From positions 34,412,001-34,476,000 of the forward strand of contig CM119372.1 in NCBI GenBank assembly GCA_051294905.1: a stretch of 64,000 bases of DNA, read 5' to 3'. The translations under genes and the position numbers were made by a program. The number at the start of each line of letters is the position of its first letter. The first letter of the stretch is position 1. Source of the DNA: Botryllus schlosseri (lineage: Eukaryota). This document shows, piece by piece, positions 1 through 13,845 of this stretch. The notes under the pieces were generated by a model. It had not been told where the DNA came from and made no database searches. It saw only the letters and a list, made by a program, of their open reading frames with translations.

Positions 1-2297
1 TTATGTTTACATCATGATAATTTTCAATATAACACCTGCGTTCGATTGTAAGAAATGAATTCTCAACATGTTGGGCAGACATTCAAATCTCGCATACTCA
101 AACATATTATGTTAATCTCAAGTCGCGGGCACCGAGAAGTAATTACTTTTATCTTACAAAATATACCGCATAGTAATTTCTTTGTCTTACAGAATAGTAA
201 CGACTTTTCAAGTTGAATAAAAAAGACGTGTAGGGATATGAATACAACCAGGCTTGTTATGGATTTTAGGTTTTAGTGCTTGTATGGATTCGTGTATGTT
301 TGGCTGTTTTTCATATTGATACTGTTGAGTTGGTCGGTTAACGGATTTACTTGACAATGTTTTCGTGGTTGATTCTTTGAATATGGTAAGATGGTCAGAT
401 GTCGAGTCGTATTACTATTTCCGTTAACTCAATTACAACAAAACATAACCAGCATTCAAATAATCCGTAAGCTACAAGTGGATTTAAAACTTGATGCTGT
501 TTTGTGGTTAACTCAAGTCAGTGGTCATATTTGTGTTGATTTCAGGAATGATCATGACGAGTTGGTCGGGTAAATTAGTGGTAGTAACTATGACCGTGCA
601 GAGTTGCTGACATTCAAACATCTTTTACGCTGTAATATACGTATTTTATTGTGATAAATTATTTCTCAGTTATTGTTCAGACATTCAAATCTCGTATACT
701 CAAAATATAATATGTTTATGTCAAGTCATTTATGTGTCGATTAGTAAATAGCTTACTTTGTCTTCAGAATAGTAACGACCTTTACAATTGAATAAAAAAG
801 ACCGATCATATGAATACAACCAGAATGAATTAATTCAAATTTGTGAGTTGCAGTGGTATAATCAAGTAAGTGAAAACTAGATTTTGAACACTTGTTAATG
901 TTGTAAATAATTCTTTTGAGTATGGTAAGATGTTAAAAATGTCGCTTTGACAAACGAAAAGTCGGATCGCGAATAGAGTTGCAATGTTCCATTACTTGTT
1001 TCGAATCAATGTGTGTATAATATCAATATGGGACTGTGGGAAAGTTGATAGCCATGTTTGTCAATCCTATTTCAATTCACACTACACCAAAGTCAAAATA
1101 TTTCGTTTCGGATTATCTCAATTTACCTAGTACATCCCGCGAATGGATTCCGACCCATGCTATAACTAGATCGCTATGTCTGATGCATTATCCCGTCAGC
1201 GACGTAGGGCTTTACAATTATTTCACACCTTTTCGAATAAGCGTCAACTTCGCAAAGGATTAGGGTGGGATCAGAAATAAGTGAGAATTTGTCGGTATTC
1301 GAATCATCGTCTGTGACGGCTCTGTTATCCGTTACTTATTAAATTTTACCAGTGAAATCCAGTTCCTGTGACATACCAATTATCAAAATATTACATTGTG
1401 GCGATTGGAATGTATGTAACAACAAGTTGGTGAGGGCTGGCTATGTCTTAGGTGTTATCTCGTGAGTGATCGTGGGATTTGCAACCTATTTCGCACCTTT
1501 TTGAAGGGTTAGTTTGTGAACGCGGCTATTGTTGGTATCGCCGTCTACGCGGGTTCTGTGGTAAACTAATTACCAAAATATTACATTGTCAACGATCGGC
1601 ATGTATGTAACAGCGAGTCGCGAGCGATGGTTATGTCTTAGGTATTATCTTGTGAGTGATCACTGGATTTTACCAATATTTCACACCTTTTTGAAGTGTT
1701 AGTTTGCGAACGCGACTATTGTTGATATTCGAATCACCGTCTACGCCGGCTCTGGGGTAATCTAATTACTCAAACATTACCATGAGAGTAATTCCTAGAC
1801 TTAGCAAACTATTTCACACCTTTTTTGCTGAAAGTACGACATGCCGCCCGCAGTCTATAAACGAAATTACGAATCACTACCGCATCCATAAGACACAATA
1901 GCCGCATGCCACCCCCGCCATAAGACGCAATAGCCGTATGCCACCTCCGCGATAAGACATAAGAGCCGCTTGCGACCGATCCCTATGCTGAAAAGGGTTA
2001 CCGTGCGACCATAAGACACAATAGCCGCTCGCCACCCCGCCCATAAGACGAAAGAGCCGCTTGCCACCCCGGGTTCCCAGCCGCTCGCCACCCCCGCCAT
2101 AAGACGAAAACGTTAGTTCGCCACCCCCGCCATAAGACGAAAACGTTAGTTCGCCACCCCCGCCATAAGACGAAAACGTTAGTTCGCCACCCCCGCCATA
2201 AGACGAAAACGTTAGTTCGCCACCCCCGGTTTCTCGTTAGCTCGCCACCCCGCCCATAAGAGCCCCACCCACCTCACGAGCGATCATAACTACTACT
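1..2297 (-). mobile_element. Copy A of AGT-terminated large element family (terminal 2.3 kb of an arm; rest lies left of window)
   Basis: Ends in ACTACTACT (2289-2297; 5'-AGTAGTAGT on minus). Subterminal GC-rich repeats match those at 6576+, 41730+ and 50609+. Bases 1-130 align with ~62096-62225 of copy D. Confidence 0.8.
2087..2228. repeat. 33-bp subterminal minisatellite (GCCACCCCCGCCATAAGACGAAAACGTTAGTTC, ~4 units)
   Basis: Directly visible tandem units; a related unit occurs at ~50680-50745. Confidence 0.9.
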
Positions 2298-3050
2298 TAC
2301 AGTTTCCTGCATACAGCAAGCACATTGGCTACCTGGCTGGTGCTTTGTACAAATCCGGTTGGAAGCACGTTCTCATACATCGATCTGGGAACTGGTTTGG
2401 AATTAACAAAAGCAAAGACTTCCAAATTCTGCTTTATGAGAAGGGATATGGCAAGTTTCGGTGGATTGATCATATTTTCTGATGTCTCTATCCAGTGAAA
2501 TTGCAGCGAATCATCGGTCATCGGTGCACACAGAACTATATCCAGATGGTAGTGTCTCGTTCTTAATCTTCTCCTTCCGAGAAGCTAATGTTTCAATATT
2601 TTCAAGCAGAAAAATTTGCTTGTTACGGCCCTCAATTAGAGAATTTTGCATTTCACGTCTTGCAGAAGCACTTGTTGATTTCGTACTCCGAGATGTAGGG
2701 CTCGGTACACTCAAATACCCCGACAGATTTGGGAAAATATGAGGAACAACACCCGGTTTCAAACGTGATCTTGATAATTTCTGAAATTCGTGCTTGTTTC
2801 GGCGGGTGCTGTTTGTATCACAGGTGTCTACCATGAAGTCATCAGGAGAGAAATGCTTCGCACACACCCTGGTGTATATTGTTACTATCCAATTTTTGCG
2901 TGGAATCGCTCTAATCCATTTCTGCCGTAAATGTTGCTCTTGTGGAAAAACAGACGTGCGTTCATGTAAAACTGAGCATTCCTCTACTGTAGAACTTTTT
3001 CTGGGATTGTATCCAGAACGGCAATTTGGCACACAGCAGGTATATCCCAT
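2298..3050 (-). pseudogene. THAP-domain DNA transposase gene (P-element/THAP9-like), frameshifted near 2515 and truncated by copy A
   Basis: ORF 2511-3050 starts MGYTCCVPNC...FP...WIRAIPR...VCAKHF (C2CH THAP signature). It continues in ORF 2297-2521, which ends exactly at the copy A terminus. Upstream short GCCTRTAAGCC-type repeats (~3140-3250) and a possible CACAGTATATAGA terminus at 3342. Confidence 0.75.
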
Positions 3051-6000
3051 TCGTCAATCGTAGTGTCAGCGTCAAATAAATTCAAGTCTAATATAATTAG
3101 TTCCAGCAATTAATGGTGATAAAATGAAAATTAGATGATATAGGCGTGTAAGCATATGAGCCTGTAAGCCTATAGACCTGTATTATGCCTATTGCCTATA
3201 GGCATGTAAGCCTACATGCTTGCAAGCCTACAGGCCTGTAAGCCTATAGGGCCAAAGCCTTGCACGCTTCCCAAAGCCTTGCACGCTGCTCAGTCGCCCA
3301 CTCGCCCAGCCTATAGGTCTGTCTGTCTGTCTATATACTGTGTAGCACCAGTGGCTATACGTCTAGACAAAAAAAAAACACGAGTACAAATCCGCCAGTC
3401 ACTACCACTACTACTGATGTACTGAACGACTCGACTAGTTCTTACCGGTACTTCTCGCGCGTGACAAACTTAACGAGCTGAGTAGCCAATACTGGTACCG
3501 CTCCAACGTTTAAACTATTAAAACTTATCCTCAGTTCACTTCAGTAAGATCTACGGTCAGACCATCCCGTGCATCAATAGTAACGACGCAGTTAGCGATG
3601 AACGCAAACCCGCAATTACAATTAGAATTAGTACCGGCACTGCTCAAACGCGATCGTCATCGACCTTTCGCACGAGATTTATGAAACAGTTTGCCAGCTA
3701 ACTTACGATGTACGATCGTCCCTAGCCTATCTAGTAGATGCCTGGCGAACAGTATATATCCCTGAATTGACAAATAACAATGCACACAATTTTAACTGCG
3801 AGCGCAACGATATTCCTTCACCTCAACTCCTGTTTGACAAGAATGCCCTCATTCCGTCAATTGAGTACGCGGTCACGTGACTAGTTATCAATCCCGTAGT
3901 CTAGATATCCCTGTGTGGGAATATTGCGATGTGAGGCTTCTTGAGGTGTTGATGACTCAGTCTCTTCAGTCGCTGTTGGTTCAACAGGAACGGTGGTTGA
4001 CTACTGTCTGATTTCTGTAATATTATGATTGCACCATCGCCATCCCCGCTAGTAGGGCACTTTTCCTGATTTTCATGAGACATCTCGGTGTTGTCAGTAA
4101 TCACAATTGATATGTGGTTCTGGCTATTATCTTCTTTACGACTCCTAAAAAATAAGCGATCAAATGTGATGCTGCGGATCTGTTTGAATATAATATATTT
4201 AGCTACGAAGGATTTGCAGTCATAGGGTTACCATATTTTGGAATCGGGAAAGTAAAGACACTTTTACCAAATCAGAAAACATCCAATTTTGCTGGAAAAT
4301 TTGTGGAGTTGACTAAAAAACAAGACGTCACTTTCAATCGGCTCCCGGATGACCCGCTCCAATGTCCGTATAGTAGCTATTTAGAGTCATTTATGCCGAT
4401 TTACAGTCGAACATTTCCATTATCGTAGCTGTAAAATCTGTAAAAGAGAACGAATTGCCAAAAAGGAGGACATTTAGGCGTCCTCGGAGGACATTTTGAA
4501 AAGCCTGAAAAGGAGGACTAATCCTCCTAGATGAGGACGTATGGCAACCCAAGCAGTATTGCTACTAGGGTTGGTATGAACGATCGTTCACGTTAGTGTT
4601 ATCTGCAATGTTATATTTGGGTCCATGATTCAACATGATTCAGAGGATCCAAAGATTCTCACCCATTCAATACTGGGTGCTAATGCGGGTCCTTGATGGT
4701 GCGAAATGACCTCGGATCTATTACAGTGCGTGGACGGAAAGACAACACGTTTCCAGATGTCACTCCAATTTTCCAAAATTCAAAGAAATTCAATCCGGAT
4801 TTCTGCTAATTCCGATGACAAGGGCCAAAACACACATAGGCGAAGACATAGCGTACATTTCTTTGGAATACCCGTGGTCCCGCAATGTGATGTCACAGAT
4901 TCATGCTCATGCTCACGTTAATCCTCCCACGGACGAGAACCTTTCAGTGGTTCGCTTTAACACCATCCCTCAGTGGCTACTGATCACAATATTTATATGC
5001 TCATCGTGATCAACAGGAGAACGACCGTTATAATAAATATTGATTAACCGATATCATTCGTTACCTCTAACTCCGCAGAAATATCATTATTACAGTACCG
5101 ATAGGAGCGATATGTCTACCAGACTGCAACGAGAGGGGTATGGTCCCAGTGAATATGGAAATGCCCGGTTTAGCTCAATAGGACAGTAACTATGGTAGGC
5201 TGTATTGTTTAGTGCAGTGGTTCTTAACCTTGCCTCCAGCGCCCCCCAAGGGGCGCTGGCGATTTTGAAGGGGGCGTAAACGCGCGGGGGGGGGTATGGG
5301 GGGCGCTCGGCTAAGGGGGCGGTATGGGGGCGCTGGAGAAAAATGGCTTCGCAGTAGATGATGTGATGGTAGGACCTATCCTTAATGAGTATTCAGAGCA
5401 AATTAACACCGAAAACATCGTTATATATAGACTACAAAAGACATATAGGTTTAATTGTCCATGGGCGCCTAAATGACTGGCACCGAATTTTCCTGTCTTG
5501 GCAATCTGAACCCCAGAAGACGAATTCCATCTGGCAGGGAAAAATTATATGCCAGTGAAGAAATACCAATTTGAAATCGTGTGCGTCTTTTCGTTTAGTA
5601 CGATTGGGCGACAGGGATATTTAAAACTAGATATTCCTGTTGGGCGATATCCCTGTTGGGTGATTCTATATTTTTTGATATAGCAGACAGGAGGTCACGA
5701 AATAACATCGTGCAACGAAGTCATATCAACGGGCTCGCCCGCCCGAATATGTTTAAATATTAGTTACGGGCCCTACAGTTTCCAAGACACCTCACAATGT
5801 TCGCTCTACGTTTTGATGAGTCTGCGCACACTCAACAACTCACTGCGCAGACCCGTGTACAACAGTGCGTAACGACTAAAAAAAGGTCATAACTTCGGAT
5901 TTGTTGTGCGCAACGTAGATTTTCTGTGCGCAGAGACCGTGTCAGCACTGCGCACGTGCGCAGCTTAGAGGGAACATTGCACCTCACTCAGCTCTACCGG

Positions 6001-9000
6001 TAAATCTGGTAACGTGAGCAGAGAGGACAAGAAATTGATAGCAATATATATATGCCATTCCCGATCTTATGACCGATTTTATCATGAATTATCGAATGTT
6101 TTCGCGCTTCGCTCTGGCTCGCTAAACAGTACAGCTAATTTCGTGGCAAAAGCGAACAACGTGATGGGGGGCGGTCGGTTTATCACCCTATGGAAGCCCA
6201 AGACCCAAGTTTTCTCGGGGGGCCTGACGACGTGCCGTTTCGTTCCTGCCATCGGGTATACGCCCGAAGATGTATAATTATTATTGAGGGGTCCTACCTT
6301 TTCAATCACACATCACTCAGCAATTCCCGATCATATTGACCAATTAAATGATTAATTATTGAACTTATTCGCGCTTCACGCGTCTAGGCGAGAATAGCTA
6401 GCTCAGTAGGCTAAATGGGCACCCAATGTAGATGACTAGTATCAGCAAATAGCGGATAGCCGAAGGGGGGGGGGTCTGGGGGCGAAGCCCCCGGGAGTTT
6501 GGTTTATCTTATATATGTATTTACCACCTATTCATTCATGCATTATAGAATATTTTGGTACCTAGGGCAACCGGGAGTATTATAGTAGATTGGTCTGGGG
6601 ATGGCAGGGGCTCTTATGGGTGCGGTCGCACGGTGCCGAGAAACTCGTGGTGGCACGGTGACCCTTATCTCTTATGGGTGCGGTCGCACGGTGCCATTGT
6701 GTCTTATGGCGGGGGTGGCACGGTTACCTTTTCGGGTATAGGCTGCGGCGGCACGGTGCCGCGAAAACTCGTGGTGGCATGGTTACCTTTTCGGGTATAC
6801 GCGCAGTGGCACGGTGACCCTTCGGGTATGTCCTGTTGATGATTTGACTAACGTTGCGGGTATAGGCGCGGCGGCACGGTGTTGAATAAGTATCAAGTAA
6901 ATAGTCACGTGATTGGTTCTTAGTTATTGTGTATATCACAAATTATTATATATGAACAATTTGAAGTAATCCCAACGTTTACGGTGAGTGCGACAGTGAT
7001 ATATCGTTATTCTCATGGCGGGGGTCGCAAGCGGCTCTTATGTCTTATGGCGGGGGTGGCAAGCGGCTATTGTGTCTTGTGGTCGCACGGTAACCCTTTT
7101 CAGCATAGGGATCGGTCGCACGCGGCTTCGTTGTTGGCATGTCGTACTTTCGGGTATAGACTGCAGACGGCATGTCGTACTTTTAGCAAAAAAGGGTGTG
7201 AAATAGTTTGCTAAATCTAGGAATCACTTGCTTGGTAATATTTTGGTAATTAGTTTGCCACAGAGCCGGCGTAGACGGCGATTCAAATACCAACAATAGC
7301 CGCGTTCACATACTAACACTTCAAAAAGGTGTGAAATATTTGTAAAATCCTGCGATCGCCCACAAGATAACACCTCAGACATAGTCATCTTTCACGACTT
7401 GGTGTCATAGCCATACCGATCGCTCACGCGGTGAAATTTTAGTAATCTGTTTGTCACAGAAATTGATTTCGCTGGTAAGATTTAATAGGTAACGACTAAC
7501 AGAACCGCCAGTGTCGGTAACTTGAATAGCAACAAATTGCCACTTATTTCCATCCTAACCCTAATCCTTTGTGAGGTTACCGCATACTCAAATAGGTGGG
7601 AAATAATTGTAAAATCCCACGATCGCTCACAAGGGTAAGGAATAACCGAACCACAACGGCGGCGACTTGAATACTATCAAATTGTCAATTGTTGGTATAA
7701 CTCGAATCTTTTAAGAGTGTAAACCTTTTGAAACTGAATATTACTTGACTTGACCAACTTTCAACTCCGTTTCCGGATCATTCACACATTCCACACCGCT
7801 GTTTTAACACTTATAGAATCAATACCAACTATCTCTAACCCGATAACATTCAATCAGTTTAGTAATTTACCTACTTTAAATCCGTTCGCCAGATGTACTA
7901 CAGGTAAACTGAGATAATCCAGAATGAAATATTTGGACTTTGACATAGTCTGAATTGAAATAGATTGACAATCATGACTACCAACTTTGATCCAGTCACA
8001 TTTCAAGATTATACTTTGAAACAATCCTTGAAACTGACAACTCTATTCACGACTCCGTTTCCGTTTGTAAAATAGAGTTTCAGAAATACTATCACTATGA
8101 CAACTCAACATTTTAACATCTTTCCATGCACAAAAGAGTAAAATACAAAAACCTTGGTAAGTCAATCCGTTTGTAATACCTCACCAAACCAAAACAAAAA
8201 GTGTCCGGATGAAAAGTAGACAAGACTACGCGAGTAATCACTACAACCCACAAACATACCAACTCAGTTGTATCCATATCCCGTCTTTTTATTCACTGTA
8301 AGATGAAGTAATTACTACTTGGCGCGCGACTTGAGATTAACATGTGTTTTGAATATACGACATTCGAAAGTCTGGCCAACGTAATTAAGAATTCATTTCT
8401 TGCGATCAAACGCCGGTGTTACATTGAAAGTTATCATACTGCAAACATAAGGATTGACACAGTGATTTGACATATGACGTATATTTTGTAATGTTCGACC
8501 ATGACTTGGTTATTAAATTATTCACGGTAATTAGACTCGGTGTTTTGGTAAAGGTTATTATGACAGCAACAAACTTTTCACTATCATGGTTATTAAAACA
8601 TCAAATTGTTAAGCCAGACTTACATGCGCGAAATTTTCTTGATTCGGATATTATTCCGGATTGGTACAAAACAATCGTTGTATTGCAGACAACAGAAAAT
8701 ACTTTAAAAATGCAATCGTTTACAATAATTAGGACTAAAGATGAAACAACAATATCGGTATTATTACATTCAACAACCAGTACAATTATTAAAATCCATC
8801 GTTTGCGATAACCGGTGCTAAAGATGTAATAATTCCATTATTCATACATTGAACACCCGATACAAAATGCTTTATTATCGCGATTCGCAACGGGTAATTG
8901 AAGTGTAGAGTCAGTATATCACAATATCGTTACTATTGAATCCAACAATTGATACGATTTATTGTCGGAATTTGTGACAGCGAATTGAAACATCCATACC

Positions 9001-9065
9001 TTACAGAGTGTGAAAATATCACTTTAGGTATCGAGTACCAGTAGTAGTGGGTGAACAATACTTAA

Positions 9066-10009
9066 CCCTTACGAGGTGGGGCCATATTTTGCAGAATTGA
9101 CCTTCACTTTTCAAATTCTCACCGTTACCCCACCAGGACTTGAATCTGGGCCGTTCCAGTTTAAAAGTGGGCGGAGTATAGCCCTATACCGATTCCACTC
9201 TTGATCAACACCCCATGACATGCCTGAGGTTTTTTAATAAGTTTAAATAAACAAGCTTTTCCCCCAAATAAATCTCTCTCTCTCTCAATTTTCAAGACTG
9301 ACCCTCAGGATGGCGTCAGAGAGAGGAATATGATGCTTCAGTGCGTAGCCACTGTTGCCTGGTTTCAAACAAGCCGTCAACCATGGTTGCAAGCCGCGCG
9401 GTTCGTCAGATATCGAAAAATGGGAAATACAGATAAAATTTAAAAATGGGCGTGGTCAGTGAGTGTTCATCAAGGTCAAGTTCATGATCAAGACTCAATC
9501 GGCCCCTACAGTCCGGTTTATGGCATAAAACAACGCGATATGCTTTCTTTTCTCATATCCAACCATTTGCAGGCATAGTAAACCGCTTTATGACTCATAT
9601 GCCGACTGAATTTGCACTTGAACTTGACCTAGATCTTAAAATTCACTGAAGCGTGACAAAAATTTACAAATCCCCCTCAGAAAACTCTCCAGAAAACGTT
9701 TTGATGTTTGAAACGGTGAAAATTTACACAGAAACCCGTACATGTCGACTTCTGATGTTCTGGCAGATTTTCCGACAATATTTCCCACTCGGAATATATC
9801 CGGAAGTTTTAGGTGATAGCCATATTTTATTTTATTTTTAATTTTTTGTTTATTTTTACAAACTAAAATTTTTGAGTAAGGTACCAAATACATCGGAAAA
9901 GTCTCAGCTTTTCAAAAAACGTAGTACCCGATGTCTAGGGCGTGTCAACATGGAGAAATCGGTGTCGGAGACATGCCATATCATATATGATACGCCCACC
10001 TCGTAAGGG
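9066..10009. mobile_element. piggyBac-type non-autonomous element inserted in copy B
   Basis: 15-bp TIRs CCCTTACGAGGTGGG / CCCACCTCGTAAGGG, each flanked by TTAA (9062-9065, 10010-10013). Confidence 0.9.
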
Positions 10010-12539
10010 TTAATTCGTGACTCGTCGTTGTACTTGCTAAATGTAAAAAATTACAAGGTTACACTCTAAAACCTTGATCAGCACAAGAGCAATTTGGAAT
10101 ATCATTACTGGCTGCAACCTATTCTACTAGACAAAACCCACAGCGATAATAAAATCAAAATATGTGCTACACTGAAATCTACAAAATTAGGGATCATACA
10201 TTATCATATGAATATTCTAAAGTAATTATAATCATAAAACCAAACCGCTGAAAGTCATTACCACCCCCACAAAACTATTTGTATGATATTCACCAAACGC
10301 ATCACAACTCAGTATACAGAAATTATTTGTAGAGTGCATACCGACAAAGAAATCATGAACACAACCAACACCGAAAATGATAAACACGTTTCGCGTTACT
10401 ATTGATACAAGTTCATTTCTATCGGGCGAAATAAATGCCACCACAAAACTCACAGCATGCAAAGGTCTTGATTGATATGCATTTCGATTTTTGTCTTATG
10501 ATATCAGCAGGCATTTTAGACATATTACGAATTGTTAAACCAAAGTCGTACGTCCGATTAATAGTTGATTGGAAACTTGTTCACGTACCTCAACCATTAC
10601 AGAAAAGTATAACACCATTGCCCGACAATCTTTTACAAAAGGGATCGAAACCAAGTCACTCAAAGTCGTTGCCGTCACATAAACAATTTGTACGACGTTT
10701 GCTAAATGCGTCCTATAGTTAGGTGTACTAGAAATATTTGTAAAACACGCTATTGTAAAGAAATCGACGAAAAGATATCCTACACCTAAATCTGGTAAAA
10801 CCATTTTGCACTTTTTGCTCGTTAGTATAGTATCCATTTGAATTTTTCCATTTCCTCTCGTCAAAGTAGATGTAATCATAGTCACTAAAGAACTTACTTG
10901 GACGTGCTTGAATTCTAGACATAGTTCTGATTTACCCGACACAAGACCCAAGGACAACCCTAGTTTCAACCGAGCACACATATCCAAAATATCACAGACA
11001 CTTCGCTATTCCTAAAGCCCAAACACCCGATACAAAATATTACTTGTTGTGTTGTTGCGGTATCATCTTCACAATATCACACACAATACGAATGATGGTT
11101 ATGTGTAATATGCTATCGACTTGAATCACATCAACATGGAAGAGGATTTACTCACTCTTTACATAACGATATTGGCCAACATCACGTCGTCGGTGTGTAC
11201 CGTTTTTTCTAGATACAAACTACGCTAGCGTAGCGGAAAATAATTTAGTGTAACAAAAAACAATTTTCACTCTCTTGACTTATGAAAACAACAGACGAGT
11301 CTTCATTCAATATGTTGTTTGTGTCAACTAGTTACTTTGTATGATACGACTGATACCCCCCGCGACTTTTTTCAGATCACAATATGAAAGATATTTACAT
11401 CACACAAAAGACCCCTCTTGATATTCCATACTATACTAAACTGTGGAATGGTTGGTCAGACTCTACAAAACGTTTGACATCGTTTTTACACGAACAGTCG
11501 CGCATCTAAATATTCAAATAATCCAGTACACAGCTATAGTACTTACAGAAATATCATATAGTTCTTGTAACATAGTTGTATGAATATACCATTCAATTGT
11601 ATATTGAAGTTTTGCACCTCCAAGAAGCTCTTCAAAGTTGTATGTGTACAATGTATACCGTGAGTCCTACACATTCGTGATATCCACCCGAGTTTGACTT
11701 TTAGAAAATATTATATCGATATCGCGACATATTTCAAAAACAAAACCACGGTGACTGCTTGAGAGAGGCCTACCGATGATATCACAGTAATACAGTTACT
11801 TCCACAAAAGAGTCTGTATTCGACTTACTTTCCACAAATCTAATGCACAAAATAATTTACTTTGCTAACGAAAAGTGCTGAGTCATCACATGGTTGTCCT
11901 CACAACAATACAACTAAAACATACTATCATACAAAATGGTCGTTATAGTTTGCACACCAACGATACATCGTTCAAGTAACAAGTCTCGAGAATCCAGTTA
12001 TTGAAAAAACGTGAAAGTGTTTCTACGCCAAGTCGTTATGTTGACGAAAGCGTATATTGTAATATCATGGTCGATTTGCATTCGCTGGTCAGTGGTCACA
12101 AACTGTCACTACTCTAAATAATTATTTTTCACTCAAACACAAAAGCATACTTGTCACCATTCGTTTTCATCAAGCACGATTTCAAGAAACTTACTGCGAC
12201 ATGAATTGTTATTTTTATGTTGTGTAAATAGATAATAATTAATTTTAGTAACACTATATCAACATCATCGAGTTGTGCGAATATATTTACATGTAGTCTT
12301 GTGGTTTTAATCGAAGCACACAGCGTGTTCTAATGTAGAGTAATCTCTATTGTACAACAACTCGGTAATCGAAATGTATGCATTAACATTTAAACAGCGA
12401 TCTTGTTTCGTCACGCGAAAAATATGTTCACTATCGCGATACTATGCACAGGGAGTGCAAATCCTTTTCACACTCGTAATAGTATACCAACGGCTACTGG
12501 CGACAACGTTTAACAATACCAACGACACTAAACATACGA

Positions 12540-13160
12540 TACCTACCCAAGTAAAATTACCATTTTCACCTGGAGGTCAGGCGTTACCAGAGCAAAAAAT
12601 ACCATTGTACTTTGGAGATTTATCGTTTACCCAGTGTAACAATACATTTTCACTTGAGGGTCTATCGTTTCCTAGAGTAACAAACCCCTTTTCCTTTGGA
12701 AATCTATTTTTTCCCTGGGTTACAAACCTTTTTCACTTGGAAATATATTTTTTCACCGGGTAACAAACCTTTTTCACTTGGAAATATATTTTTTCCCTGA
12801 ACAACAAACCTTTTTCACTTGGAAATATATTTTTTCTCTGGGTAACAAACCTTTTTAACTTGGAAATATATTTTTTCCCTGAGCAACAAACCATTTTCAC
12901 TTGGTGGGTCGTCGTTTACCTGAGTAAAAATATAATTTTCCTTTGGAGATCCGGCGTTTACCCAGTGTAACAAACCATTTTCACTTGGAAAAATACTTTT
13001 ACCTAGAGTAACTAATCATTTTCTTTTAGAAATATATTTTCTCCCTGGGTAACAAACCCTTTTCGTTTGGAAAACTATCATTTACCTGAGTACCAATACC
13101 GTTTTCACTTGGAAATCTATCTTTTCCCTGGGTAACAATACCATTTTCGTTTTGAAAACT
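12540..13160. repeat. 41-42 bp tandem array in copy B
   Basis: Units like CCTTTTTCACTTGGAAATATATTTTTTCTCTGGGTAACAAA, with degenerate outer units. Confidence 0.9.
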
Positions 13161-13845
13161 GACAACCACACCGGGCAATTTGATATTTTTATATATTGTT
13201 ACAACGGGTAGCGACAAAATATACACCAACAACAACTCCATACATTTGTGTAATCGCATATTCACTTGGTCTGATGCATCCCATCAAAATCCTCAGTTAC
13301 CCACCTGCAATGTGCTGTTGTACATCGATGTGTATGTTTTGGAAATTGGACAATAGATTTCGACATGTCTGTGATGTCCGGGTTCGTGCTTTGGATTTTC
13401 CAGAGTCAAAATGTCTGAATAAACACCTCCTCGACGATGGTTGGTACGTGGATAACGTTGTTCGGAAAACGGTTGGATTTATGTCACCCATCACGATAAC
13501 AATTCCGGGTCGAGTTTTCTCCCATATGTTTACTATATTGTGTCTTTGTTGGTCAATGTATGTCTCGACAGTCAGTTTGAAATCGGAAACCCTGATAAAG
13601 TACGTAACCGGATCCGGATATCTACCCTGAATCGATAAACCAACGAACACTATTCAAAGTAAACATGTTACACCCTGTGTTTCCACGAAAAAATACCATC
13701 AAGACATACGTCGCGCTTGTTTGCCCACACCAGTATACGCGTAAATGGAGGTGTGTGACATTGCATGCAATGTGTTGGTATACAAACATCGGGGAGTTAA
13801 CCGTCGAACCACAGACATTATCATAGCCGGTAATTTTGATGCAGA

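Noticed and set aside
1..8450. Copies A and B as the two arms of one inverted-repeat element around 2298-6575
   Set aside because: Their AGT termini face the intervening DNA, the two copies are clearly diverged, and the interval contains unrelated TE fragments. They are two separate insertions.
13297..13650. IVMGDIN as an EEP/AP-endonuclease motif
   Set aside because: Only one short motif is present. Copy C has AMGNIN or AMGNKN there, and no other EEP motifs are visible.
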